A program made the position numbers and the translations under genes. The notes below the pieces were generated by a model. It made no database searches. It was not told the DNA's origin and saw nothing but the letters and a program-made list of their open reading frames with translations. DNA of 64,000 nucleotides from an uncultured Candidatus Saccharibacteria bacterium. Lineage in GTDB: Bacteria > Patescibacteriota > Doudnabacteria > UBA920. Location: assembly GCA_964505635.1 (NCBI GenBank), contig CAZDIP010000001.1:222412-286411 (forward strand), read 5' to 3'. Shown in pieces: positions 28,078 to 35,865 of this stretch. Every line of letters begins with the position of its first letter. Position 1 is the first letter of the stretch.

Positions 28078-29334
28078 TTACGTTCCTTCCTGCCATGAGG
28101 CCAAATACTTTTTTTGCGCCGGGGTGAGTTCGTCTATTTTTATGTTCATAGCCACAAGCTTTAACCTTGAAACTTTCTCGTCAATTTCTTTGGGCACATC
28201 GTGCACTTTACCTTTTTCAAGTTCTTGATGATGCTTAGCCAGCCATTCGCACATTAAGGCCTGGTCGGCAAAACTTAAATCCATAACAGCGCTTGGGTGG
28301 CCTTCGGCTGCGGCCAAGTTCATTAAACGGCCTTCGCCAATAAGATAGATCTTTCGTCCATCTTTCACGGAGTATTCATGAAGATTAGGCCTTACTTCCT
28401 TATCGCTTGTCGCTAATCGCTCTAAATCTTTCTGATTTATTTCCACATTAAAATGCCCGCTATTGCCTAAAATAGCCCCGTCTTTCATAACAGCCATATG
28501 CTCTTTTACAATTACGTCCTTATTGCCCGTGACTGTAATAAAGACATCGCCCAAGCGCGCGGCTTTAAGCATTGGCATAACTTCAAAACCATCCATGGCA
28601 GCCTGGAGAGCGGGGAGAGGGTCAATTTCTGTTACTATAACTTTTGCGCCCATACCTTTAGCCCTTAAAGCAATGCCTTTTCCGCAATAACCATAACCAG
28701 CCACAACCACAGTCTTGCCGGCAAGTAAAATATTGGTTGCCCTAAATAAGCTGTCTAAGGTAGACTGGCCGGTACCGTAATAGTTGTCGAACATGTGCTT
28801 AGTCGGCGTGTCGTTTATTGCTACTACCGGAAATTTTAATTTACCGTCTTTAGCCATAGCTTTAAGGCGTATAACTCCGGTGGTAGTCTCTTCCTGGCCG
28901 GAAAAAATTTCTTTAAGCTGGCTTTTGCGTTCTTTATGAAGGACAGAAATTAAGTCCGCGCCGTCGTCTACTATAATTTGCGGGTGGAAGTTTAAAACCT
29001 TGTTCACGCACCAATAGTATTTTTCATCGCTAATGCCGCGCCAGGCAAAAACGTTTATGCCTTCTTCAGCCAAAGCCGCGGCTACATCGTCCTGGGTGGA
29101 AAGGGGATTAGAACCGCATAGCGCGACTATAGCGCCGCCTGCTTTTAGAGCTTTCATTAACACCGCGGTTTCTTTGGTTACATGCAAACAACAGGCAATT
29201 GTCAGGCCTTTGAAAGGCTGCTCTTTAGCAAATTCTTTTTTTACAATTTCTAAAACCGGCATTTCTTTTTCTGCAAGCGCGATTTTCATTTTACCCTGCT
29301 TGGCAAGAGAAGGATCTTTTACTTTAGATGACAT
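28078..29334 (-). CDS. ahcY: Adenosylhomocysteinase
   Basis: Full-length match in motif order, including NAD-binding GYGYCGKG. Confidence 0.95.
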   Translation of the reverse strand: MSSKVKDPSLAKQGKMKIALAEKEMPVLEIVKKEFAKEQPFKGLTIACCLHVTKETAVLMKALKAGGAIVALCGSNPLSTQDDVAAALAEEGINVFAWRGISDEKYYWCVNKVLNFHPQIIVDDGADLISVLHKERKSQLKEIFSGQEETTTGVIRLKAMAKDGKLKFPVVAINDTPTKHMFDNYYGTGQSTLDSLFRATNILLAGKTVVVAGYGYCGKGIALRAKGMGAKVIVTEIDPLPALQAAMDGFEVMPMLKAARLGDVFITVTGNKDVIVKEHMAVMKDGAILGNSGHFNVEINQKDLERLATSDKEVRPNLHEYSVKDGRKIYLIGEGRLMNLAAAEGHPSAVMDLSFADQALMCEWLAKHHQELEKGKVHDVPKEIDEKVSRLKLVAMNIKIDELTPAQKKYLASWQEGT

Positions 29335-29337
29335 AAA

Positions 29338-30378
29338 TTATATTTTACTATTTTTTAATGCTTGTAAATATTCTTGGGTTATACCTGGGCACAACATTCT
29401 AATTAGTGAAAAAGTTTTTTCTTCATACTCCGCCCAATCAGCCTGTTTAACTGCCGTCTGAGGCGCAGATAAAAATTCAGAAGCTTTTTTTAGCCAGACG
29501 TCATAGGGCCTCATGTAGGCCTCTTTGTCATACCACCCAAAAATACCTTCTTTACGCAAGGCTGACAGACTTAGCAAAGCAACATCCACGTTTTTTAATT
29601 CCAGCCCTTCCGCCCCCTGGCTATTGTTTGCCAAGTATACCAGACCCTTTGTTTTTTTAACATCTAGCCGGTCGGTAGGCGGCTGCCAAACTAAATAGGA
29701 AACAGACTCGCTTTTTACCGCCCCGGGATTTGTGGCAGTATTTTCGTACAGAGAATCTACAAGAATCAATTCGACGTCTTTTAAAAGATGACGGCTAACA
29801 GCTTCGGGGTACTTAAAAAGGCTATCCTTTATATCCCGCGCCCCGTCACGCAAAGCTTTAATTCCGCTAATAGGTTTAACAACGAAACTTCGACCGCTCT
29901 TTTCTTCCTTATAGGAATTCCCGGGTCTGGGAATAAGCATATCCACGCCAAACTGATTGACCAAGACCTCTGTCTCCCTTCTGACGGTTTCGTTCCACTT
30001 TTGAGAGGCTTCCATGTCTCTGCCGTAATCTAAAGCAAATTTCAAACCAGAACCGGCCGCCAAAGAAGCTGCGCCGGCAGCCAAACCTGACGCAAATCTC
30101 CTACGGTTTACCGGATTGCGTGAATGTTCTTCCGATTTTACTTCGGCAATTTGATTAGATCTTAAAAGCAAGCGCTCGGACTGCTCTGGGGTAAGACTGC
30201 CGCGGTTAGATTCAACAAATTTTTTAAAACGCCCTCTAACCTTTGACTCTATAAGCTTTCCGGATGTTGCTTTTAATATGTTGCCCAAATAATCAGACTG
30301 CGGCTTAGTGCTTGGATTTGCTTTTTTTGGCAAGTCTTCATCTGGCTCTTCATCAAGTTGATATATTTTTTCAGACAT
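29338..30378 (-). CDS. Hypothetical protein with internal RRRF + Ala/Gly-rich hydrophobic segment
   Basis: 346-aa ORF. A Tat-signal-like NRRRFASGLAAGAASLAAG sits near residue 92. No catalytic motif recognised. Confidence 0.4.
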   Translation of the reverse strand: MSEKIYQLDEEPDEDLPKKANPSTKPQSDYLGNILKATSGKLIESKVRGRFKKFVESNRGSLTPEQSERLLLRSNQIAEVKSEEHSRNPVNRRRFASGLAAGAASLAAGSGLKFALDYGRDMEASQKWNETVRRETEVLVNQFGVDMLIPRPGNSYKEEKSGRSFVVKPISGIKALRDGARDIKDSLFKYPEAVSRHLLKDVELILVDSLYENTATNPGAVKSESVSYLVWQPPTDRLDVKKTKGLVYLANNSQGAEGLELKNVDVALLSLSALRKEGIFGWYDKEAYMRPYDVWLKKASEFLSAPQTAVKQADWAEYEEKTFSLIRMLCPGITQEYLQALKNSKI

Positions 30379-30440
30379 AAATACTTAATAAATATAGCAT
30401 TTTTCATGCGAAAAACCAATTTTACACATAAATAGATATA

Positions 30441-30469
30441 TTGATTTATATTATACTTTATGTTAAAAT
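30441..30469 (+). promoter_or_regulatory. Sigma70-type promoter of the tRNA/rpmG unit
   Basis: TTGATT (30441-30446), 17-nt spacer, TGtTAAAAT (30461-30469). Confidence 0.55.
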
Positions 30470-30566
30470 ATTCAAAGTAAGCTTTCATATTTGCCTGCAT
30501 TAGCTTCCGCCAAAGCGGACAGGCATCCGGTAGGAAAAAGGTTTTGTTCGCCCCGTCACTTTTCTG

Positions 30567-30756
30567 GCCAGCTTAGCTCATCTGGTAGAGCAACGGTTTT
30601 ACCTGCCCGCCAGTCGCCGAGTGCCGATGTAGCTCAGTTGGTAGAGCAACGGTTTTGTAAACCGTAGGTCGTCGGTTCAAACCCGACCATCGGCTCCAGG
30701 CGATCGGCAGGCGGGTAAACCGTAGGTGGCCGGTTCGAGTCCGGCAGCTGGCTCCA
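30567..30756 (+). tRNA. Interrupted Thr-type tRNA (outer gene): halves 30567-30600 and about 30715-30756, separated by an insert of about 114 nt
   Basis: GCCAGCT/AGCTGGC acceptor, GCTC/GAGC D stem, ACGGT/ACCGT anticodon stem, GCCGG-TTCGAGT-CCGGC T arm, discriminator T, CCA. All stems are perfect. The anticodon loop is split after TTT. Confidence 0.6.
30623..30698 (+). tRNA. tRNA-Thr (anticodon TGT), CCA encoded, nested inside the outer Thr-type tRNA
   Basis: GCCGATG/CATCGGC acceptor, ACGGT-TTTGTAA-ACCGT anticodon arm, GTCGG-TTCAAAC-CCGAC T arm. Confidence 0.9.
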
Positions 30757-30889
30757 CTGCTTCGTCCGCCTAAGGCGGACTACGCAGTGCAAGCACATCG
30801 TTTTAAAGGATCAAGCGATGTAAATAAGACTGCCTGACGCCCAGGCAATCTGTACTAATCACTATTCACTAACAACTAATCGCTAGAAT

Positions 30890-31057
30890 ATGTCTCAAGA
30901 TCATTTACTTAACATGGAGTGCTCGGTTTGCCACAATATTAATTACCAAACCAAGCGCAACAAAAAAAGTTTGGGCGCGCAAAACAAAAAGCGCCTTGAA
31001 TTGCAAAAATATTGTAAGCACTGCAAAAAAAAGACTTTACACAAGGAAACGAAATAG
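30890..31057 (+). CDS. rpmG: 50S ribosomal protein L33 (55 aa; below the ORF-track size cutoff)
   Basis: Manual translation gives MSQDHLLNMECSVCHNINYQTKRNKKSLGAQNKKRLELQKYCKHCKKKTLHKETK. CxxC...CxxC and the LHKETK end are typical of L33. Confidence 0.85.
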   Translation: MSQDHLLNMECSVCHNINYQTKRNKKSLGAQNKKRLELQKYCKHCKKKTLHKETK

Positions 31058-31133
31058 TTTAACTAATGACCGATAATTAATAACTTATAACTGGTTGCTT
31101 GTTATAAATTATAAGTTATCGGTTTATTACTTG

Positions 31134-31418
31134 GGGGGCGTCGTATAATGGTAGTATCCGCCGACGCTAAAGCTGTAGCGGACAAGCAGCGGTCTCCGCC
31201 CCGCCTTTACAAACTTAAATATTATCTCCACGGCATCTGGTGGGGGGTTCGTATAACGGTAGTACAATGGTCTCCAAAACCATTTGCGAGGGTTCGACTC
31301 CTTCACCCCCTGCCAAACGCCGCGGAGCTATATTTCGGCCAATAAACCAAAACCGATTGCGTGCTTGCCCGACGAAGTCTTAACGAAGTCGGGGGTTCAA
31401 TTCCTACCGCCCCTGCCA
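31134..31418 (+). other. Split Trp-like tRNA halves (acceptor + D arm 31134-31157; T arm + acceptor + CCA 31391-31418) bracketing tRNA-Trp; possible pseudogene or intron-containing tRNA
   Basis: GGGGGCG pairs with CGCCCCT (G1.U72, discriminator G, as in the inner Trp). D arm is GTAT-AATGGTA-GTAT. T arm GGGGG-TTCAATT-CCTAC has one G/A mismatch. I could not reconstruct an anticodon arm. Confidence 0.45.
31242..31315 (+). tRNA. tRNA-Trp (anticodon CCA), CCA end encoded
   Basis: GGGGGGT/ACCCCCT acceptor (G1.U72), ATGGT-CTCCAAA-ACCAT anticodon arm, GAGGG-TTCGACT-CCTTC T arm, discriminator G. Confidence 0.9.
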
Positions 31419-31421
31419 AAA

Positions 31422-31449
31422 AAGTCCCGCTTAGCTGCGGGTCTTTTTT
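31422..31449 (+). terminator. Rho-independent terminator closing the tRNA/rpmG unit
   Basis: GTCCCGC / GCGGGTC stem (one T/T mismatch) followed by T6. Confidence 0.65.
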
Positions 31450-31512
31450 GTATACCCTTGTGGGTGTTCAAAACTTTTAATGTTATAATTTAATAAAGCA
31501 AATTTAACAAAA

Positions 31513-31995
31513 ATGATTAAAGCAATTTTGTCTGATTTCTCAGAGACAATTCTATTCCCAAAAAATATAAAAAATCATCATAATCTCAACGGCTTACACC
31601 ATGAACTAATGAGAGAGTATGGCGAATACAATGCTTGGGATTATTTTGTAATTAACGAGGAGTTGCTTAATTTTTACCAATCTCTTAAACCACAGTTGCC
31701 GTTATATGTTTTTACAACAGATACTGTCCAAGACCAACCACAAATAAAAGAACGGTTACTGGAAATTTTTGATGATGTTATTTCAGCTAAAGTCTATAAG
31801 ATTGACAAAAAAACACCTGAGGCTTATCAATTCATAGCACAAAAAATAAATCAAAACTCAGAGGAAATTTTATTTATTGATGATAGAGAAATTAATTTAG
31901 AACCTGCTACAAAGGCAGGGTTTCAAACACTACAATACATAGATAACGAGCAGTTGGTTAAAGATATTAAAAAACTAATTAACAGCCAAACTTAA
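31513..31995 (+). CDS. HAD-superfamily hydrolase-like protein
   Basis: 160 aa. C-terminal FIDDREINLEPATKAGF resembles HAD motif IV. The N-terminal motif I is degenerate (LSDFSET). Confidence 0.5.
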   Translation: MIKAILSDFSETILFPKNIKNHHNLNGLHHELMREYGEYNAWDYFVINEELLNFYQSLKPQLPLYVFTTDTVQDQPQIKERLLEIFDDVISAKVYKIDKKTPEAYQFIAQKINQNSEEILFIDDREINLEPATKAGFQTLQYIDNEQLVKDIKKLINSQT

Positions 31996-32146
31996 CGCTG
32001 CTAACTCGATTTCTAACTCTTCAAGGCTCACAGTTCTAACCACATCCCACAGCCCTGCCATAAAAAACCTATCGGTTACCCGCATAGGTTTTTTATGATG
32101 GAATCTTTAACAAATGCTATAATATATAAAATAATTAATAATAATT

Positions 32147-32557
32147 ATGCAAATAAATTATTGGGCAGTAATTGTTTCGGCCATTGCTTCCATGGTCATA
32201 GGCAGCATTTGGTACGGGCCTTTGTTCGGCAAAATCTTTATGCGCGCCATTGGCATGGACCAGTGGAGCAAAGAGCGGCAGGAAGCGCAAAAAAAGAAAA
32301 TGGGCGTAACCTACTTTGTGCAGTTTGTCGCCAGCATGGTTATGTTTTACGCGCTCGCGCGGTTTATGCATGCTTCCGACGGTTTGGATATTAATGGGGG
32401 GATAAACGTGGCGCTGTGGACATGGGTTGGATTTGTAGCCCCGGTTAAACTCGGGGATGCTATTTGGGGCGGTAAAATGGTCATGTTTTGGCTCGGAGCC
32501 GGCAATATGCTTTTAACCCTTTTGGCCGCTGGCGTTATTTTAGGCGCCTGGCAATAA
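32147..32557 (+). CDS. DUF1761-family membrane protein
   Basis: INYWAVIVSAIASMVIGSIWYGPLFGK is a typical DUF1761 N-terminus. Four TM helices. Confidence 0.6.
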   Translation: MQINYWAVIVSAIASMVIGSIWYGPLFGKIFMRAIGMDQWSKERQEAQKKKMGVTYFVQFVASMVMFYALARFMHASDGLDINGGINVALWTWVGFVAPVKLGDAIWGGKMVMFWLGAGNMLLTLLAAGVILGAWQ

Positions 32558-32569
32558 AAAGAGGCGTTA

Positions 32570-32603
32570 TTTTAAAGGCTCACACGGAGTGAGCCTTTAA
32601 AAA
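32570..32603. terminator. Bidirectional terminator hairpin, copy 1 of a 33-nt repeat
   Basis: TTTTAAAGGCTCAC-ACGGA-GTGAGCCTTTAAAA. Near-identical to 61328-61360. Confidence 0.7.
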
Positions 32604-32613
32604 TGCCTTAAAT

Positions 32614-32642
32614 TTGGCTGTTTTTTAAGCAAGGGTTATAAT
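32614..32642 (+). promoter_or_regulatory. Promoter placed for a leaderless transcript
   Basis: TTGGCT (32614-32619), 17-nt spacer, TATAAT (32637-32642). ATG at 32649 lies 6 nt downstream. Confidence 0.5.
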
Positions 32643-32648
32643 GCCGAT

Positions 32649-32897
32649 ATGGGAAAAATGAAAAAAAGCAAAGGTTTTATCCTTTTGGCTCTTTTACTTG
32701 CAGTCTTAATTTTAGCCGTGTTTTTTAGTTTGTATTTTAGGCCTAAAGATAAAATAAAAAATCAGGGGTCGGCGGCAAAAAAAGCGCAAGAAAATCTCCA
32801 GGAAAGCAAAAAAGACCTTGACCAATATCAAACTAAAATTAACGAGGAATTAAAAACTCAGGATTCAGAAAGCAAATTTAATTCAGCTCAATATTAA
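32649..32897 (+). CDS. Small membrane-anchored protein (Lys/Gln-rich)
   Basis: N-terminal KKSKGFILLALLLAVLILAV anchor. It is pilin-like but lacks Glu5. Confidence 0.35.
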   Translation: MGKMKKSKGFILLALLLAVLILAVFFSLYFRPKDKIKNQGSAAKKAQENLQESKKDLDQYQTKINEELKTQDSESKFNSAQY

Positions 32898-32900
32898 ATT

Positions 32901-33542
32901 ATGAAAGAAACAGGGTTATACCAAACAATTGGCAGAGAAAGTTTGGCGGAAAAAGTTCGTGATATGAACTTAGAAGACTATTACGCCTGCCAATATTTTG
33001 GCCGTCATTTGCCGGAATGGGAAAAATTAAAGCCAGAGGCCATAATTATAGCTCCGCAAGCAGCAACTGTTTACCAACCGCTAATAAAAAAAATGTGGCA
33101 AGGTCTTTATAATTTTAAAACTGTTCCTAAATTTTTTAATATTGACCCAAATGCGCTGGTAAAAAATTTACAACTGCCGAAACATCCCGGATTAAAAAAT
33201 ATTTACAGGGCTTTAATATTTGATGACAGCAGTAAATTAAAGAAACAAAATGAACTGCCAACACAATTCCAACCTAATGATAATTTAAGAATATCGTTAG
33301 ACAACCCTTCACTGATTAATATTGCTTTATTTTTACATCAAAACGGGGTAAAAGAAATATGGATGGACTGGGGAAAAAATTTATGGCACCCTGGTTCCCA
33401 AGCAATTTTACAAAGAAAAGTAAACAAAGATCAACTTGAGTTAGTACCTAACAGTAATAGACCTGAAGCTTTAAGGACATCAAAAAAAATGAGAGAACTG
33501 GCGGATCTTACAATAAAAATGCTTAATAACAAAATAATTTAA
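32901..33542 (+). CDS. Hypothetical protein
   Basis: 213-aa ORF with no motif recognised. Confidence 0.35.
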   Translation: MKETGLYQTIGRESLAEKVRDMNLEDYYACQYFGRHLPEWEKLKPEAIIIAPQAATVYQPLIKKMWQGLYNFKTVPKFFNIDPNALVKNLQLPKHPGLKNIYRALIFDDSSKLKKQNELPTQFQPNDNLRISLDNPSLINIALFLHQNGVKEIWMDWGKNLWHPGSQAILQRKVNKDQLELVPNSNRPEALRTSKKMRELADLTIKMLNNKII

Positions 33543-33579
33543 TAATAATGCTTCTGTATTTTTATACTATCAATATTTT

Positions 33580-35325
33580 ATGCAGCCCTTGACTAAAGAA
33601 ACATTTAAAATATTTACAAAGCACGCGGATAAATACCGGCGGTTTTTTGTGTTAACCGCGTTGGGAATAATGCTGGCCAGTTTGGCGGCTTTGGCACAGC
33701 CAATAATATATAAAGAATTTTTTGACCAGTTAAACGCGGGAGCGGAAAAAACAATTCTAATTAAGCTGCTTATTTACATTTTTTTGGCCGCTTGGGTGGA
33801 ATGGTCTTTTTGGCGCGTGGGAACCTTTATTTTTGCCAAAAGCCAGTCAAAAGTAAAGGCGGATTTAGCGGTTACGTGTTTTAACTATTTACAAAACCAT
33901 TCTTTGAGTTTTTTTAGCAGTAAATTTGTGGGCAGTTTGGTCAGGAAGGTAAATAAATACGACCGGGCTTTTGAGGACATTACCGACAACTTTTTTTGGA
34001 ATATCGGCAATACGGCCTTTAATATTTTGGCCCTTACGGCAATTACCGCTTACTATTATCCGAGCATTGGTTTAATGATATTTATTTGGAGCGTAATTTA
34101 CGTTTATGCGATACAGAAGTTAAATAAAAAAATCCTGCCCATGCGGATAGAACGGTCGGAAGCCGACACTAAACAAACCGGATTTTTAGCCGATGTAACC
34201 ACGAATAATATTAATTTAAAATTATTTAACTCCCAAAAAACCGAGGGCGTGGCTTTTTCAAAATTGCAAAACGTGCTTCATGAATTGCGCTGGAGAGTAT
34301 GGCGGTTTGCTCTTTCTATTGAGGCTTTGCAGGGAGCCCTAATGATTATTTTAGAATTTGTGGTTATGTATTACGCTATTTCTTTATGGTCAAAAGGCGG
34401 GATGTCAGTCGGCGGATTTGTGCTAATTAATTCCTACCTGTTTGTTATTTACAGAAGGCTTTGGGAATTAGGCAGGCAAAGCATGAGAGTCTACGAGCAT
34501 ATTGCCGATGCCAACGAAATGACGGAAATTTTGCTGACCCCGCACGAGACTACAGACATAACCGGCGCGGCAGAACTTAAAACCAAAACAGGGGAGATTG
34601 AATTCAAAAAGGTGGGTTTTACCTACCACAAGGGCCTTTCAGTTTTGGAAAATTTTAATCTTAAAATAGCGGGCAGGGAAAGAGTTGCTTTGGTGGGCCC
34701 TTCAGGCGGGGGAAAATCCACCATTACCAAACTGCTTTTTAGATTTTACGACATAAACCGGGGCGAAATCAACATTGACCGACAAAATATTTCCACAGTA
34801 ACCCAAAATTCTTTAAGGCAAGCTATTGCTTTGGTCCCCCAAGAACCGATTTTATTTCACAGAAGCCTTATGGAAAATATTCGCTATGGCAACCCCGGTG
34901 CTTCTGATAACGAAGTTTTAGAAGCCGCCAAAATGGCTCATGCCCACGAATTTATTTCCCAATTCCCCGAAGGCTACCACACCCTAGTTGGAGAAAGAGG
35001 AGTAAAACTTTCAGGTGGCGAACGCCAACGGGTTGCCATAGCCCGGGCAATTTTAAAAAATTCCCCGATTTTAGTGTTGGACGAAGCGACTTCGTCTTTA
35101 GACAGCGAAAGCGAACAACTAATACAAGAAGCCTTAAAAACCTTAATGCAGAAAAAAACCGTGGTAGTTATCGCGCATAGACTTTCCACTATCATGCAAA
35201 TGGATAGGATTGTGGTTATAGAAAACGGAAGAATTTTGGAACAGGGCAAGCACGAAGAACTTTTAAAAATTAAGCAAGGCTTATACCAAAAACTTTGGGA
35301 AATCCAGGCAGGCAGTTTCAACTAA
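33580..35325 (+). CDS. ABC exporter, fused permease/ATPase (MsbA-like)
   Basis: Six N-terminal TM helices, Walker A GPSGGGKST, signature LSGGERQR, Walker B ILVLDEATS. Confidence 0.9.
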   Translation: MQPLTKETFKIFTKHADKYRRFFVLTALGIMLASLAALAQPIIYKEFFDQLNAGAEKTILIKLLIYIFLAAWVEWSFWRVGTFIFAKSQSKVKADLAVTCFNYLQNHSLSFFSSKFVGSLVRKVNKYDRAFEDITDNFFWNIGNTAFNILALTAITAYYYPSIGLMIFIWSVIYVYAIQKLNKKILPMRIERSEADTKQTGFLADVTTNNINLKLFNSQKTEGVAFSKLQNVLHELRWRVWRFALSIEALQGALMIILEFVVMYYAISLWSKGGMSVGGFVLINSYLFVIYRRLWELGRQSMRVYEHIADANEMTEILLTPHETTDITGAAELKTKTGEIEFKKVGFTYHKGLSVLENFNLKIAGRERVALVGPSGGGKSTITKLLFRFYDINRGEINIDRQNISTVTQNSLRQAIALVPQEPILFHRSLMENIRYGNPGASDNEVLEAAKMAHAHEFISQFPEGYHTLVGERGVKLSGGERQRVAIARAILKNSPILVLDEATSSLDSESEQLIQEALKTLMQKKTVVVIAHRLSTIMQMDRIVVIENGRILEQGKHEELLKIKQGLYQKLWEIQAGSFN

Positions 35326-35376
35326 TATTTCAAGTTGTAAAAATTTATGTTATAATAAATTAATAATAAGATCCCA

Positions 35377-35865
35377 TTGAAAAAAAATTTCATCAAAAAT
35401 CAATCAGGCTTTACTTTAATTGAATTGCTTATTGTCATAGCCATTATTGGTGTACTAATCGGCATTATTGCGGTAGCCTTAAACAACGCGCGTATTCGTT
35501 CCCGTGACGCGAAAAGAGCAGGGGACATGAGGCAAATGATTACGGCGCTGGAACAATACTATATTCAAAACGGTACGTATCCAACGGGTACAGGCTCAGT
35601 GTCTGTGGATGGGGTCATGTTAAGCGACCCTTTAGCCATGGATTCGGCGCTTGAACCATTTATACCGAACTACACCCCGATTATGCCCATAGCCCCTTCC
35701 CCGGCTGACGAAAATTGCTCGGCAGATCAAATTAGGGGTGGCAATAGCTACTGGTACGATGCGGCAATAGACGGCTTAACTTATACCTTAACTTTTTGCT
35801 TGGGCAAAGAAAGCGGAAGCTGGCAGGCAGGCATTAGAGTAGCCACACCAAGCGGAGTTCAATAA
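35377..35865 (+). CDS. Type IV pilin-like protein (prepilin N-terminal cleavage/methylation domain)
   Basis: QSGFTLIELLIVIAIIGVL class III signal. TTG start per the track. Confidence 0.75.
   Translation: MKKNFIKNQSGFTLIELLIVIAIIGVLIGIIAVALNNARIRSRDAKRAGDMRQMITALEQYYIQNGTYPTGTGSVSVDGVMLSDPLAMDSALEPFIPNYTPIMPIAPSPADENCSADQIRGGNSYWYDAAIDGLTYTLTFCLGKESGSWQAGIRVATPSGVQ

Noticed and set aside
13017-30536. Shared 11-mer TCCGGTAGGAA between the thrS-upstream element (13017-13027) and the tRNA-Thr unit leader (30526-30536) as a common Thr-specific operator.
   Set aside because: An 11-nt match is expected by chance many times among all position pairs in a 64-kb window. There is no additional flanking similarity.
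30601-30714. The insert in the outer Thr tRNA is a group I intron or an archaeal-type BHB intron.
   Set aside because: About 114 nt, of which 76 are a tRNA, cannot hold a group I core (P3-P8). The junction is a 3x2 internal loop followed by a continuous helix, not a bulge-helix-bulge with two 3-nt bulges separated by 4 bp. The U before the 5' junction and the G ending the insert are noted but are not enough.
30600-30717. The insert is an IS630/Tc1-type MITE with TA target-site duplication (TA flanks both ends of 30602-30715).
   Set aside because: Removing the element plus one TA copy leaves a 5-nt anticodon loop (TTTAA), so it cannot be a precise reconstruction of a functional pre-insertion tRNA. 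TA is also too short to be meaningful.
31134-31418. The split tRNA-like halves with a large insert could be tmRNA (ssrA).
   Set aside because: The acceptor stem has G1.U72 rather than the G3.U70 alanine identity pair. The 5' part has a genuine D arm. I saw no tag-peptide reading frame or pseudoknot pattern. The insert contains a complete tRNA-Trp, which tmRNA does not.
31148-31493. Two plus-strand ORFs (65 and 69 aa).
   Set aside because: They lie entirely within the nested tRNA-Trp locus and its terminator and have no RBS. They are spurious.
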